A stretch of DNA of 64,000 bases from Sphyrna mokarran (lineage: Eukaryota). The translations under genes were made by a program, and so were the position numbers. Shown piece by piece: positions 51,360 to 64,000 of this stretch (its first letter is position 1; each line of letters opens with the position of its first letter). The stretch spans positions 37,262,001-37,326,000 of the forward strand of contig JAGIQG010000006.1 of assembly GCA_024679065.1 (NCBI GenBank), in the 5' to 3' direction. The notes under the pieces are model-generated. The model had not been told where the DNA came from. It saw only the letters and a list, made by a program, of their open reading frames with translations, and made no database searches.

Positions 51360-51695
51360 ATCTTGCATTTATATCACACTTTACTATTTCAGGACATTCC
51401 AATAATTATTCTATCCAGTGAAGCATTTTTGAAGCACAGTCACTGTTGTAATGTAGGAAGAGCAGCAGCTAGTTTCCAAATTCCCATAAGCAACAATGGA
51501 TAATGACCATATAATCTGTTTTAGTGATGTTGATTGAGAGATAAATAATTAGACAGGACACAAGGGATTAATTCCTCTGATTGTCTTTGAAATAGTGCCA
51601 TGAGGGAGCAGACATGGCTTCTGAGAGACAGCACCTCTGGCAATGCAGCACCTGCCCGGTACTGCACTGAAGTGTCAGCCTGGATTTTTGTCCTG
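51360..51695 (-). mobile_element. Deu-domain SINE (SacSINE1/AmnSINE1-like)
   Basis: gacagcacctct...gcagcac...gtactgcactgaagtgtcagcctggattt core and cttgcatttatat L2-type tail. Confidence 0.75.
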
Positions 51696-52745
51696 TGTCT
51701 CTTCATATTGTATCACTCTGTAAAGGTTCACCTGCCAATGAGCAAACAGGATACAAGACTGTATTCACAGCCACAACCTACTGCAAAACAAAACATCCTG
51801 CTTCATCCTTGGACAACACCTCAGGAAAGCCTCATTTACAACTGCAATGAGCAAGATGTAGCATTGGGTGCAGATTTGTATATTTTATATAGCATTATAA
51901 AAGAGAGAAGGGTAACAGAAAAATATTTTGCCAGATATCTATATGCAACCTTTGTTGAAGTACAATGTCTTGAAGTTACGTTTCCTACCACTTCTAAGTA
52001 GTTCTTATGGCCGAAGTTGAGGCAGGTCCCTGATGAGGTGCTTTTTGGCCTCTTCCCTCTAGTTATCAGAGCCCCTGTAGTTAAGTATTTGTAGCAGGAA
52101 TGACTGTATGTCTTATCATGGTTCAATCTCAGAAGGAATGAAGCTCCCTGAACAATCATACTGATGGATGATATTCTGCTTACTGTACATGACGGCCCCT
52201 AAATGACAGAATAAAGGAACATGATTTCGTCAAAAAAAGTCACAGTCTTGACTGTCACCATACTCCGTCTCCTCTTTGTTCAGTCATCGACAACATCAAG
52301 ACTACATATGTATGTCAAGATGTTTGTAATTCAGTCAACAACTCTGCAAGTACCCAATCTCCCTATCTCTGACTAAGAAGGATGCAGATGTGTCATTAAT
52401 CTCCAGGGTTTCTGAGCTGCACTATTTCTGGTAACTCACCACCAACTCTGTCACGCTTTCCTGTATTTTGCAATCTCTTCACTTTCAAGTCGAAAGTAGA
52501 TAAACCTGTAAGTGCATGAAAGTGAGATAGTCACCAAGTGTGTGCAGGGTATTTGATGAGTGTCAGTACATTGCATGAGGACTGGGTGAGTAGCAACCAT
52601 TGAGAAGGTGCACAGAAAGTAAAGACTGGTGTTGCTGAAAATTGAGTGGATGAGCAATGTAATGGAGAAGACTGGGTAAGATACAGTGAAAGGGAGTTGG
52701 TGCCTTAAAACACAGGATGGTGTGAATTAGCAAGCAAACTGACTT

Positions 52746-54430
52746 TTTGATTTGATTTTTTTACTGTCACATGTACGAGTATACAGTGTTGTTTTTGCGT
52801 ACTATACAGACAAAACATATCGTACATAGAGAAAGAAAGGAGAGAGTGCAGAATTAATGTCACAATTATAGCTAGGGTGTCAAGAAAGATCAATGTAGTG
52901 CGAGGTAGGTCCATTCAAGAGTCTGACGGCAGCAGGGAAGAAGCTGTTCTTGAATCAGTTGGTACATATCCTCAAACTTTCATATATTTTTCCCAAAGGA
53001 AGAAAGTACAAGAGAATATATGGATGGTGCATGGGATCCTTAATTATGCTAGTTGCATTTCCAAGGTGGCAGGAAGTGTAAACAGATTCAAATAGAAAGA
53101 ATGCACCTGCAAAGGTTGGTGAGAGTTATAGTGGACATGGCAAATTTCTTTAGTCTTCTGAGAATGTAGAAGCATTGATGGGCTTTCTTAACTATAGCAC
53201 CAGGATGGAGGGACTGGGACAGCTTACTGAAGATCTGGACACCAAAAAATATGAAGCTATTGATGTAGATTGGGGCTTGTCCTTCGATGACTATTTTGTT
53301 GACATTGAGGGAGAGATTATTGGCATTGCACCAGTTCACCAGATTCTCTACTTTTTTTGTATTCCATCTCATGATTGTTTGAGATCCAATTCAGTATACC
53401 TCAGGATTGAGCTCATTGGGGTGGGATGCATTGGAGCCAACAATTTTACATGCCTTCATTTTGTCATGCAGTCCTTGCCATAGTCAATGTGGCTGGCCTG
53501 AGACTATAGCTTGGTCCGGTATTTTCTTTTGCCATCTTTGATGGATCTCCTTCCATCATATCTGACTTTCTTGTACAGGTCGGGGTTGCCTGATTTGAAT
53601 GCCTCAGACCTCCAGCAAGCAGTGGATATCCCTGTTTATCCATGGTTTCCGACTGGAAACACATGGATTTGCTTCTTTGGCACACAGTCTTTTACAGACT
53701 AATAAAGTCAGTTACTGTAGTAGGTATTCATTCAGGCTGTTCATAGAGTTTTTAAATATTGATCAGTCTACTGACTCTAAGCAGTCCCACAGGAGATCAT
53801 CCAATTCCTCTGACCAATATTGCATGACTTTTTTAACAGGTTCTCCATTTCAGTTTTTGCTTGTAAGTCAGGAGCAGAAGCACAATCTTGTGGTCTGATT
53901 TGCTAATGTGTGGATGGGCGATAGAGTGATAGACAGGTTTGATATTTGTGTAGCAGTGTCTAGGGTGTTTGAGTCTCTGGTGGAACGTGAGACATCCTGG
54001 TGGTATCTTGGTAGGACACTCTTGAGCTTGGCCTGACTGAAGTCTCCAGCCATGATGAACAAGGCCTCAGGATGTTTCGTCTCAAGGCTATTTGTAATGA
54101 TATATATTTCCAGTGTGATCTTCACATCTACATGAGGTTGGATGTAAACTTAGTCAAGATAACAGAGGTTAGCTCCTTTGGAAGGTAGTAGGGATGGCAT
54201 TTCTTGGTCTAGGAAGCAGAAACCCACAAATGTTGCTACGTTTGGCACCACAAGATGTTGATTAGGAAGCAGACCCCACCTCCCCTAGCCTTGCCTGAGG
54301 CTGTAGTACAGTCCAGTCATTGAATTGACAAGCCTTCTGGTAGTAGGACACAGTTCAGTGAATCAGGCTTGAGCCATGTCTCTGTGAAATAGAGTACACA
54401 GCAATTCCTCAGTTCTCTTTGAAAAATGAG
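52746..54430 (-). mobile_element. Rex/Babar LINE, internally deleted (APE part plus 3' part)
   Basis: CCVLYFTETWL and EALFIMAGDFSQAKLKSVLP (APE domain); VENLVNWCNANNLSLNV and IVKKAHQCFYILRRLKKF; (aaatc)n tail. Confidence 0.85.
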
Positions 54431-54526
54431 TCTGACATTCTGGGTAGGATAATAAACTGCTTCCTACATTGCATCCAAGAGTTGGGAATCTCGATCAACC
54501 ACTTGCTAAGACCAGTAGATTTCTTA

Positions 54527-54720
54527 ACATAGAACATAGAACATAGAACACTACAGCACAAACAGGCCCTTCGGCCCACAAGTTGTGCCGAACACATCAA
54601 AACCTACCCAGCCATAGACCTATCTATAACCCCCAATCCCATTGGATCCCATATACTCATCCAGAAGTCTTTTAAAAGACCCCAGCGAGTTCGCCTCGAC
54701 CACCACCGACGGCAGCCAAT
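54527..54720 (-). mobile_element. CR1 3' tail fragment
   Basis: (aacatag)x3 and VVVEANSLGSFKRLLDEYM. Confidence 0.85.
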
Positions 54721-54849
54721 TTCGATTCTTCTTTCGATTGCTGAGAAAAGTACCTCCTGATTGCCCCCAGTGGTAATACCAGTTATTGAATCTGATTGGT
54801 TCCCTTGCTCTATGTCCACCATCAACCCGTAAAACCTTCAATTTGCGTT

Positions 54850-56600
54850 TGTACATTATTCCTTTAAACACATCTGAGATTTCAACAAAATTAAGGAGAA
54901 TGCAGGGATAGTTTGTCAATACAATAAGAGTAAAAGAGTAACTAAGGAAAGAGTAGGGTCTATAAATGACCAAAAAGGTAACTTGTGTGTGGAGGTGAAG
55001 GATGTGGGTATTGTTCTTAATTAATACTTTGCATCAATCTTCACAAAAGATGGGAATAATGCAGATATCACACTGCAGAAATATTGGATATAATAAACAT
55101 AGGAGGAGTGTAATTGTTACAGAGATTAGCATCCTTGAAAGTGGATAATTCACCGCGATCAGATGAAATGGACCCAGGTTATTAAAATAAACCAGACAGG
55201 AAATAGTGGAGGGCCTGATCATTGTTTTCTAATCCTCACAGAATGTCAGAGGACTGCAGTCCTGTTCATGTTGCGTCTTTATTGAAAAAGGAAGAGAGGG
55301 ATATACCAAATGATTGTAGGCTAGTTGGTGTGGCCTTGGTAGAGGAAGAATGATTGGAAGCATAAACTTACACTTAGGAAGGCGCGGATTAATCAAGGAC
55401 TGTCAGCATAGATTTGTTAAGGGGAGGTCATTTCTGACAAATTTGATTGCATTTTCTGAGCAAGTAACAAGGGCGATTGATGAGGGTAGTATAGTTAATG
55501 TGTTCTACATTGATTTTAACAAGACATTTTTCAAGGTGCCACATACCAGACTGGTTAAAAACACAAAAGCCCATGGGACTCAGGGGCAGATACAAAATTG
55601 CTCAGTCACAGGAAACAAACAGTATTTGTTTATGGGTGTATTTGTAACTGGAAGGTTCTTTCCAGTGGGTTCCACAAGATTCAAGACCAGGCTCTTGCTT
55701 TTCACAGATATTAATGATTTGGATGTAAATGGAGGGGGGATGATCAAGAAGTTTTCAGATGACACAGAAATTGGCCGCATGGCTGATAGTGAAGAGGATC
55801 GCTGTAAACTGCTGGAAGGTATCAATAGACTGGTCAGTGAACATAATAATTCAACCCAGAGAAATGTGGGTGTCTCATTTGGGGAGATAAAGCAAAGAAA
55901 GGATTGCACAATAAATGGGAGGAATACTGAGAGATGTAGAGAAAGTGAGGGACTTTAGAGTAAATATCTACAGATTCCCGAAGGTAGAGGATAGATTGAT
56001 GAGGTGACCGAGACGGCAAATGGAATCCTTTCATTTATTATCTTGCGCAAAGAGGTCATGCTGAAATGATATAAAACATTAGTTAGGCTGCAGCTTCAAT
56101 ACTGAGTGCAGTTCTGGTCATCTCATTACAGAAAATATGTAATTACATTAGAGAGGGTGCAGAGGAGATTCATCAGGATGTTACCAGGACTGGAAAATTG
56201 CAGCTATGAGAAATGATTGGATAAGTTGGGGCTGTTCTCAGTGGAACAGAGGAAACTGAGAGGAGATTTAACTGAGATGTACAAAATTGTTCATTCACTT
56301 TTTTCAACAGCTAAGGGGCAAAGGTTTAAAGCGATTGGTTGAAAGATTAGAGGGGAGATGGGGATAACCTTTTTCATCCAGAGGGTTGTGTGATGTGGAA
56401 CTCACTATCTGAAAGGGTAGCAGAGACAGAAAGGTTCAATTCATTTAAAAGGTGTGTGGATATGTACCTGAAGTGCTGTAACCTGCAGATCTACAGACAA
56501 AATGCTCAGAAGTGGGACTAACTGAGTGGCTCATTTTTCAGCTGGCACAGATATGAGGGACCAAGTGGCCTCCATCTGTGCGATAAACAGTCTATGACTT
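54850..56600 (+). mobile_element. Degraded CR1 LINE
   Basis: QHRFVKGRSFLTNLIAF and KFSDDTEIG; many stops and frameshifts. Confidence 0.85.
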
Positions 56601-57147
56601 GATTATATCACACAGATGTGCATCACACTTTCTGATCAGCTCAGCGATACAAAATCCTTCCGTTAAAAGCTATGCTTCGACTGAGTGTCAGTCAGGGAGT
56701 CCGTCCTTCAGGGTTGCCTTCTGGCCTTCACCTACACAATTCCATCTCCACTCAGAAATATATTAATATCAGGGCCTTGTCAGATTTCCGAGCCCTGCTG
56801 ACCATATTACTGAAGGTTTCATCACAACATCAAGAGCTTATAATTGCCCTGCCAAATCAAAATGCCTTTCTTCCAATACTCTATAACTAATAAAGCAAAG
56901 TGCCAAAAACTGAAAAGAACTCACCATTCTTCTTTAAAAGTCCTTCTAAATTTTCTGTTACAGTCACAGAAGTGTTCCAGTGAACTGTCAATCCTGAAGC
57001 TCCACAAAAATCATGGAGAGTTAGCAACTGGGTCAGGCCAATCTTATCTAGATTCATAAAATAACTGGGTTGTATTTAAATGGACAGGTTTTTTCAACTG
57101 GCTAGTTTCTGGAGGAACTCTGGTCAAGCTTATAAATTATGTAAGGG

Positions 57148-57532
57148 CATAAGAACATAACATAAAAACTCGGAGAGGAGTAGGCCATCTGGCCCCTCGA
57201 GCCTGCTCTACCATTCAATAAGATTATGGCTGATCTTTTTGTGGACGCAGTTCCACTTATCTGCCCATTCACCACAACTCTTAATTCCTTTACTGTTCAA
57301 AAAGTTATTATCCTTGCCTAAAAACTTTCAATGAGGTAGCCTCAACTGCTTCACCTGGACAGGGAATTCCACAGATTCACAACCCTTTGTGTGAAGAAGT
57401 TCCTCCTCAACTCAATCCTAAATCTACTTCCCCTTATTTTCAGGCCCTAGTTCTAGTTTCACTCACAAGTGGAAACAACTTCTCTACTTCTATCTTATCT
57501 ATTCCCTTCATAATCTTATATGTTTCTATAAG
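57148..57532 (-). mobile_element. CR1 3' fragment
   Basis: cataagaacataa tail and ggagtaggccatctggcccctcgagcctgc 3'UTR. Confidence 0.8.
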
Positions 57533-57591
57533 AGGTGGATTGGATGTAAGGTGATCCTGTTTTTCCCCAGGGAATGAGTAGACCTGCAGAT

Positions 57592-57858
57592 TGGGCAGTT
57601 TGTGGCACAGTTAGCATTGCTGCTACTTGGGTTCAGTTCCTGGTTTGGGTCACTGTCTGCGTGGAGACTGCACATTCTCCCCATATCTGTGTGGGTTTCC
57701 TCCAGGTGCTCCGGTTTCCTCCCACAGTCTGAAAGACATGCTGGTTAGGTGCATTGACTCGAATAGATGCCAGACTGTGACAACTAGGTGAATTTCAGAG
57801 TGACTTCATCACTGCGCTAATGTAAACCTTACTTGTGACTAATAAATGAGCTTTACTT
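57592..57858 (+). mobile_element. V-SINE with alternative (Rex/Babar-like) tail
   Basis: V-domain followed by ttacttgtgactaataaa. Confidence 0.8.
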
Positions 57859-58230
57859 GAATGCTGATTCACTGTCAATCTGCAAGTGAAAGCTGAACCC
57901 CTTTCTGAATGGGCTGATTGACTTGTATGAGACTCTATAACCTTTCTCCTATATTGCTTGCAGCATTGTCCAGATTAACGGTGATTCCTGAAGGGCGCAC
58001 AACCCAAACCATTCAGATCTCCTGTTCTACTTCTGATAGCCCACAGGTATCAGGGAGCAATTTTTCCATTGCTTTTCCTTAACTGGCTTGGCTTTTTATA
58101 CTCTCACCTTCCCAGGAGATTACATTGTGCTGTGAGGGTAGGAGATCTTTGTATCCTCACGGATGAGACATCCAAATGTTTAGAACGGACTAGATAGACT
58201 AGATTTTTTCCTCCAATATGACCTTTCTAT

Positions 58231-58430
58231 GGATAAATGCAAATTACTGTGGATGCTAGAATCTGAAACCAAAAGAGAAAATGCTGGAAAACCTCAGCGA
58301 GTCTGGCAGCATCTGAAAAGAGAGAAAAGAGCTGACATTTCGAGTCCAGATGACAGCTTTTACAAAGGGTCATCTGGATCTGAAACGTCAGCTCTTACAA
58401 AGCTCTTACAAAGAGCATTTTCTCTTTTGG
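58231..58430. mobile_element. Inverted double hammerhead-bearing repeat with 12-bp TSD
   Basis: TSD tgacctttctat / tgatctttctat at 58219-58230 and 58431-58442; opposed motifs at ~58328-58353 (-) and ~58354-58394 (+, ending GAAACGTCagctc). Confidence 0.85.
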
Positions 58431-59547
58431 TGATCTTTCTATATATTGGTTTGTGAATGCTGCAACTTCAGAGTTTTGCAGCATTTTGCTTCCTTCCATG
58501 TACTTGGGATAGAGAACTCCCATCACCTTATTTACGGCATGACTCAGCCCTGCCATCGCTATTCATTAGTTAGAGTTGATGGATTTAATAATAATTTTAA
58601 CTTTGTACAGCTCCAAAAATGTTATGCTTTCTCTTTGTGCTCTGGGAAATTGTAGATCCGATAGTTTCTGTAAAACACAGAGCTAAATACGTGAAGGACT
58701 GCGGCTCAGTATCAAATATTGTTTTGCCACCCTCCTGTACATCATCTTGGAAAGTTTCATTGCATTCATGGTGCTACGTAAATGTAAGTTGTTGTGGCAG
58801 TTGATCTCATCTAGCCTGACAGCAATTGAGAGCTTACGTGAGTGCCACTGAGGGCCTTAAGAAGCCCAAAACTTTACTGGGGAGAAATAATTGATCCTGG
58901 AGGAGACGTACTTCACAAAGTGCTTTTAACAAAAGAGGGGAGCTCTGCCAACTAATGCAGGAGCAGGAGTCAGCAGTCCCCACTGCAGTATTTATTGGTA
59001 TGAAGGGAATATTCTGTCTCATGCTTTGTAGTGATGGATTATTGCTGACAGTTACCAGGAATGGAAATTGGGATGCGGAATGGCCCTTTATTCATCAGTT
59101 AATACTTTTCACGGGAAAGTTAAAGAATTCAAGTTGGGCATTACAATAAGACCAATAAAGTCCAATAGAAAGTTGTTAGCTTTCCTGAGGTTTAGGACAC
59201 AATAGGCGGTGCAGCCCTGAGTTCCTAAAGTAATCCCTTTAACTCCATCAACAGGAACTCCTTCGAGCACAGACTGCATATACAAAGGAACCTGTCAATC
59301 GATGTCTCTTTTGTTGGAAGGATTACCCATGTGATTCTTCATTTGAGTTTGTTTTGTGCATTGGTGCCTAGGAACCTCTAGGAAGGAAAGGAGAATAATC
59401 TGCACATTAACAACTGAGCACTCCCAGCTTTCTCTTCTCATTTCTGATTTCTAGCATCTGCAGTATTTTGGTTTTGTTAAGTTTGTCTTGCCTGCCTTGG
59501 TCAAGATAGTGACCTTCTTGTGGAACTAATCTGCAGTTCTAGAGTGA

Positions 59548-60225
59548 GGACATAGAACATAGAAAAACTACAGCACGAACAGGCCTGTCAGCCCACAAGT
59601 TGCCCCGATCATATCGCTACCTACTTACAGGCTTATCTCAATCCTATTAAGTCCCATGTACTCATCCAGAAGTCTCTTAAAAGACCCTATCGAATTTACC
59701 TCCACCACCACTGACGCAACAGATTCCACTCACCCACCACCCTCTCAGTGAAAATCTTACACCTGATATTGCCTCTGTACCTACTCCCCAGTTCCCCAAA
59801 CCTGTGTCCTTTCGTGGCAACTATTTCAGCCCTGGGAAAAAGCTTCTGAGAATCCACCCAATCAATACCTCTCAACATCTTATAAATCTCAATCAGGTCA
59901 CCTCTCGTCCTTCGTCTCTCCAAGGAGAAAAGACAGAGCTCCCTCAACCTATCCTCATAAGGCATGCCACCCAATCCAGACAACATCTTTTGTAAATCTC
60001 CTCTGCACCCTTTCTATGGCTTCCATATCCTTCCTGTAATGAGGCAATCAGAACTGAGTACAGTACTCCAAGTGGGGTCTGACCAGGGTTTTATAAAGCT
60101 GCAGCATTATCTCCTGACTCCTAAACTCAATCCTTCAATTGAGGAAGGCCAGTACATCCTCTATCTGCGAGGCCAATTTAAAAGTCCTAGGGACCCGGAC
60201 CCCAAGATCCTTCTGATCCTCTACA
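59548..60225 (-). mobile_element. CR1 3' fragment
   Basis: YEDRLRELCLFSLERRRTRGDLIEIYK; catagaa tail units. Confidence 0.88.
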
Positions 60226-60297
60226 TTCAGCATGAGTGCTGAATCCATCTATAAGATATGACTCAATGTTCTAAGCTCTTTCCTATTTGCTTGTTGT

Positions 60298-60705
60298 TCA
60301 TAGAATCCCTACTGCTCAGAAAGAGACCATTCAGACCATTGAGTCTGCATTGATAACAAGACCACGCAGCCTGTATTCATATAACCCTTGACACTAAGGG
60401 GAAATTAGCATGGCTAATCCATTTAACCTGCATATCTTTAGAATGTGGGAGGAAGCTGTAGGAGGAAAAATTGCACACCAGAATGATAGGGAGTGGGATA
60501 GCTTGATCTTGGGTTTCAGATTAGCTTGGCACAACATCGAGGGCTGAAGAGCCTGTACTGTGCTATGTTTAAACTAAAGCACCTGGAGAAAGCCCATGCA
60601 GACATGGGAAAAACATGCAAACTCTACACAGACAGTGACCCAAGGCTGGAATTGAATGCAGGTCCCTGGTGCTGTGAAGCCAAAGCACTAACCACTGTGC
60701 CACCA
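60298..60705 (-). mobile_element. V-SINE interrupted by a + strand CR1 tail (~60478-60570)
   Basis: The V-domain is split by ggcacaacatcgagggctgaagagcctgtactgtgc. Confidence 0.75.
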
Positions 60706-61180
60706 CTGCTGTCCCAAGCCTGCTGCAGATATCTTGAATTACACTGAAGACAGCACAACATCCGAGCACATTACTCCATTTTATGTGGGACTTTCACTCC
60801 AGATTCTTCAATTGGTATGTAAATGAGTTCATCCAAAACATTATGGTGGATTCAACTCTGGATGGAATTGGCAGGTGAAACTCCAAACTTAAGAGTGCAA
60901 ATTCCAAGCAATGCACCACCCCCCCCTCAACATTTGGAATCCTGGAGTCTAAATATTTCTGATGCTGATCTATAGTTCTGTTTGCACATTTTCCTGTCAT
61001 TTCATCTGAAGTCTCTTCACCATCAAACTATAATTTGACATTTCCAAGTTAAGTTCCCCTGAGCTTGAGTTTTCCATTTTCCTTTCTATTCTAAACACCG
61101 AACCTGGTGATGTTGTTGCTCCCAAACTTTCAGATCACATACTTCTTTTTCATCGCTATTCCAAAGCAGTTCAAGTAAAT

Positions 61181-61545
61181 AAGAACAAAAAATGCTGGAT
61201 AAACTCAGGCAGCATCTGTGGAGAGAGAAACATTTCGAGTTCAATATGGCTCTTCTTCAGAACACAGCTCTTGACCACAGTTGTCCCGGAGAATAATCAT
61301 TTTGGACTTGAAATGTTAACTCTGTCTCATTCTCCACAGATGCTGCCAGCCCTGCTGAGTGTTTCCAGCACTTCCTTGGGCACATTTTTCCATTCCGCTC
61401 ACCACAGGAATCAGAGTGGGCGGGGACAGACCATAGAAAGACCATTTGACCTCGGGTGGGATTTTCCAATTTCGGGGCATTGGCAGGTAGAAAATCCCAT
61501 CCCTGTTTTTATTTCAGATTTCCAGCATCCTCAGTATTTGGCTTG
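61181..61545. mobile_element. Inverted hammerhead-bearing repeat with a nested MITE
   Basis: - strand reads CTGAAGA a gagcc atatt gaactc GAAA at ~61230-61260; opposed decayed copy at ~61285-61370; family 3' part resumes at 61504. Confidence 0.75.
61378..61503. mobile_element. ~125-bp MITE
   Basis: Termini gggcacattttt / aaaatcccatccc; homologue of 34534-34658. Confidence 0.65.
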
Positions 61546-63902
61546 TATCCAAGTAGTGGTTCTATTCTTGTTAGAGCTGCAACATTTGATCAATACTATG
61601 TTGTAATCAATCCTCGTTGACCCTGATGTTCCTTATGAGCTAGCACTGATGGCAAATAAATTTCTGAGTAAGTTACTGAGCACAGACTGGGCTGATGTAT
61701 GTTAGTCAAACAATATGACAATGTTATTTTACTGTTCACAGAACTGACAGAAGGGAGTTGCATTATATTACAACATTATTTGAAAATTCCCACCCACCTT
61801 TTCAAGCAAATTTCCATCTGTTCCTTTCTATCTCGAATTTAGCTTTTCTCCTGTTACAGCTGACTTATCACGAATGGCAGCCAGCTTCCAGACTTCTGTC
61901 AATGCCATATATCAATCTCAGAGAAACTGATGACAAAACTCACTTTCAAGCCTTCCTCTCCCCCCTTTGGGACTTCATTCTGTCTCCGCTTGACATCTCT
62001 CCAGGCTGGCTGCTGAGAAGATGTGCAATAGCCCTGCTCTCTGTTAGCTTTCTGGATGTTCAACTGCTCACCCACATGAGGGTACAGCCATAAATCTGGG
62101 CTGAATTTTTAAAACAATTTCTTTTGCATTCTTTACAGAAGAAAATACTTCTGTAAATCTTTACAATTTTTCAATCTTTACAGAAAAAAATACAGTTTCT
62201 GCAGAAACACTTTGGTTCAACATAGTCATTCCTCAAATGTCACAGAGTCATAGACAGCACAGAAGCAGGCCCTTCAGCCCAACTCATCCATACTAACCAG
62301 GCTTCCTTTCAGAATACACGTGAGACAACATCTTTCCTGAATAAACGCCATTATTAATACAAATTCATTTCTATGTTTGTGGCAGTTTCAAAGGCATCAC
62401 AATGGAAGGGAACAGTGTAAGAAAAGTGGACCCATGGCGAGGTGTCATGTATGAAGTATTGAGAACTTTGGTCATCAAACATCAAGATCCAGATGGCTCT
62501 CTGCTGTGGAACAAATAGGCCTGCAACTCACTTAGTATTGGGCCATGGGCCTCACTAACATCAAGCCAGCAAGTTGCAGACACTCAGTTGGGCAATGTTA
62601 GACAGATCACCAATTAGGGTCTCTGCAGATTGGCCTTAAAGGAGGAGGAATGATCAGAAAAAAGGTAGAATTGGGACTTTGAGGCCAGAGAGATAATCGG
62701 AAATGAGAAAGATCAGCAAGAGAGCTCATGCTGGCTCCTCACCATGATTTTAATACAAAGTCAGGTGAAGCACTCCCACTCCATGCAGGTAAACATTCAT
62801 CATGAACAGACATTGGACACATTGTGAGCCTCTTACAGGAGCTAAGCTTTTGATTTGTGAAGCTCTATTTCTGCAAGTTCTGGACGCCTGTTTGTTGCCT
62901 ATGTTCCCCAATGTGAACAGCACCTTTCCAGCTCACAATGAACATGTACTTCTGACCACTCATACACGAAGCTTCAATCCATTAAGCCTAAAACATCTCA
63001 GGCACAGCAGCATTGATTTCCTGTGCCTATATATCAGCAATCAGAGTTTGTTAGTGCTTTTCTGCAGAAACATTGTGAATTATGAAGCACCCAAATGTGA
63101 AGATCATTGCAGAAGGAAATCAAACCGGGTGTCGACTGGCTGCTATTGTCACGATGGCCTGATTTACCCAAACATCCAAGAACAGTGTCACCCCCTATTG
63201 ATTTTGTCATTTGTTCATGGGACGTGAGTGTCACTGGCATTCTTTGCTCATACCTGAATGTCCTTGAGGATGCTATTGTCAGGCACCTGCATCAACCATT
63301 GCAGCCTTGTGACAGGCTCAAGTATCCATGCCCCTACGTATTGCCTCGTTCCTACCAAGGCACCAAATATAACCTTGAAGTTCTTTCATTGCTAACTCCA
63401 CGGTTCTCTAATATCCAAGCTGCAATTTACAATCTTCACAATGTCAAGGGCATCACACAAATGGTTATTGTGCCTGAATCATGATGATTGACTGACACAC
63501 AGCTTCAGATGCAAAATGGTTGCATGGCTCCCATTATTTTGGTTCTCCTCTATTTTTGCAGAGCCATCTAATCAGTGACACTATTTTTTTCAGTGCAGAA
63601 ACAAACTAGGCATTTTGCCCATAAATGGAACAATAAAATGAATAGCAGAAAAGAGTGCTAAAAGCATAAAATAAATGTTTTATTATTCCCATTGCCCATA
63701 GGATTTCCTTTATACCTGATCATTCCAAGTAAAGAAGCACTCATTATGATGCTGTTCTAATTGGAAGGAAAATCATGTAAAATTTAGTTTAGATGCATTG
63801 TTATATTTAACGGAGGCCATGATTTTTTTTGGCTTAAAAAGAGGATTGAACTAAAATGAGGCAAATTCCCTTTACTTTTGACACCTGGAAAATATATAAA
63901 GT

Positions 63903-64000
63903 AAATTTTATTAGTCACAAGTAAAGTTTACATTAACACTACAATGAGGTTATTGTGAAACCCCCCCCAGTTGCCACACTCTAGCACCTGTTCAGGTTAA
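63903..64000 (-). mobile_element. 3' tail of an alternative-tail V-SINE (runs off the window)
   Basis: tttattagtcacaagta...acattaacact...gtgaaa...gccacactc. Confidence 0.75.

Noticed and set aside
57964-58046. Possible 83-nt + strand exon (LSRLTVIPEGRTTQ...)
   Set aside because: Weak donor (gtatca), unrecognised peptide and no linkage to other candidates.

Overview
Eukaryotic, repeat-dense, apparently intronic or intergenic DNA with no recognisable host protein-coding gene. The repeat content suggests a shark or other elasmobranch (inference): HE1-type V-SINEs, a SacSINE1/Deu-SINE-like element, many CR1, Rex/Babar and L2 LINE fragments, and Harbinger-like non-autonomous DNA elements. The main coding features are a nearly intact Neptune-type Penelope-like element (RT, Cys linker and GIY-YIG, with one frameshift) inserted into a CR1 with a 12-bp TSD, and a young 5'-truncated CR1 with a 396-aa open RT frame. 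The most interesting signal is a dispersed family of ~100-200 bp insertions, most flanked by TSDs, that carry minimal hammerhead ribozyme motifs. Several copies share a U3-A8 core while others have the canonical C3-G8, which looks like compensatory covariation. Also present are a perfect 52-bp-arm hairpin, a duplicated ~150-nt element with conserved pairing potential, V-SINEs with different LINE tails, and several unidentified candidate exons. Most boundaries were read by eye and are approximate unless a TSD defines them.
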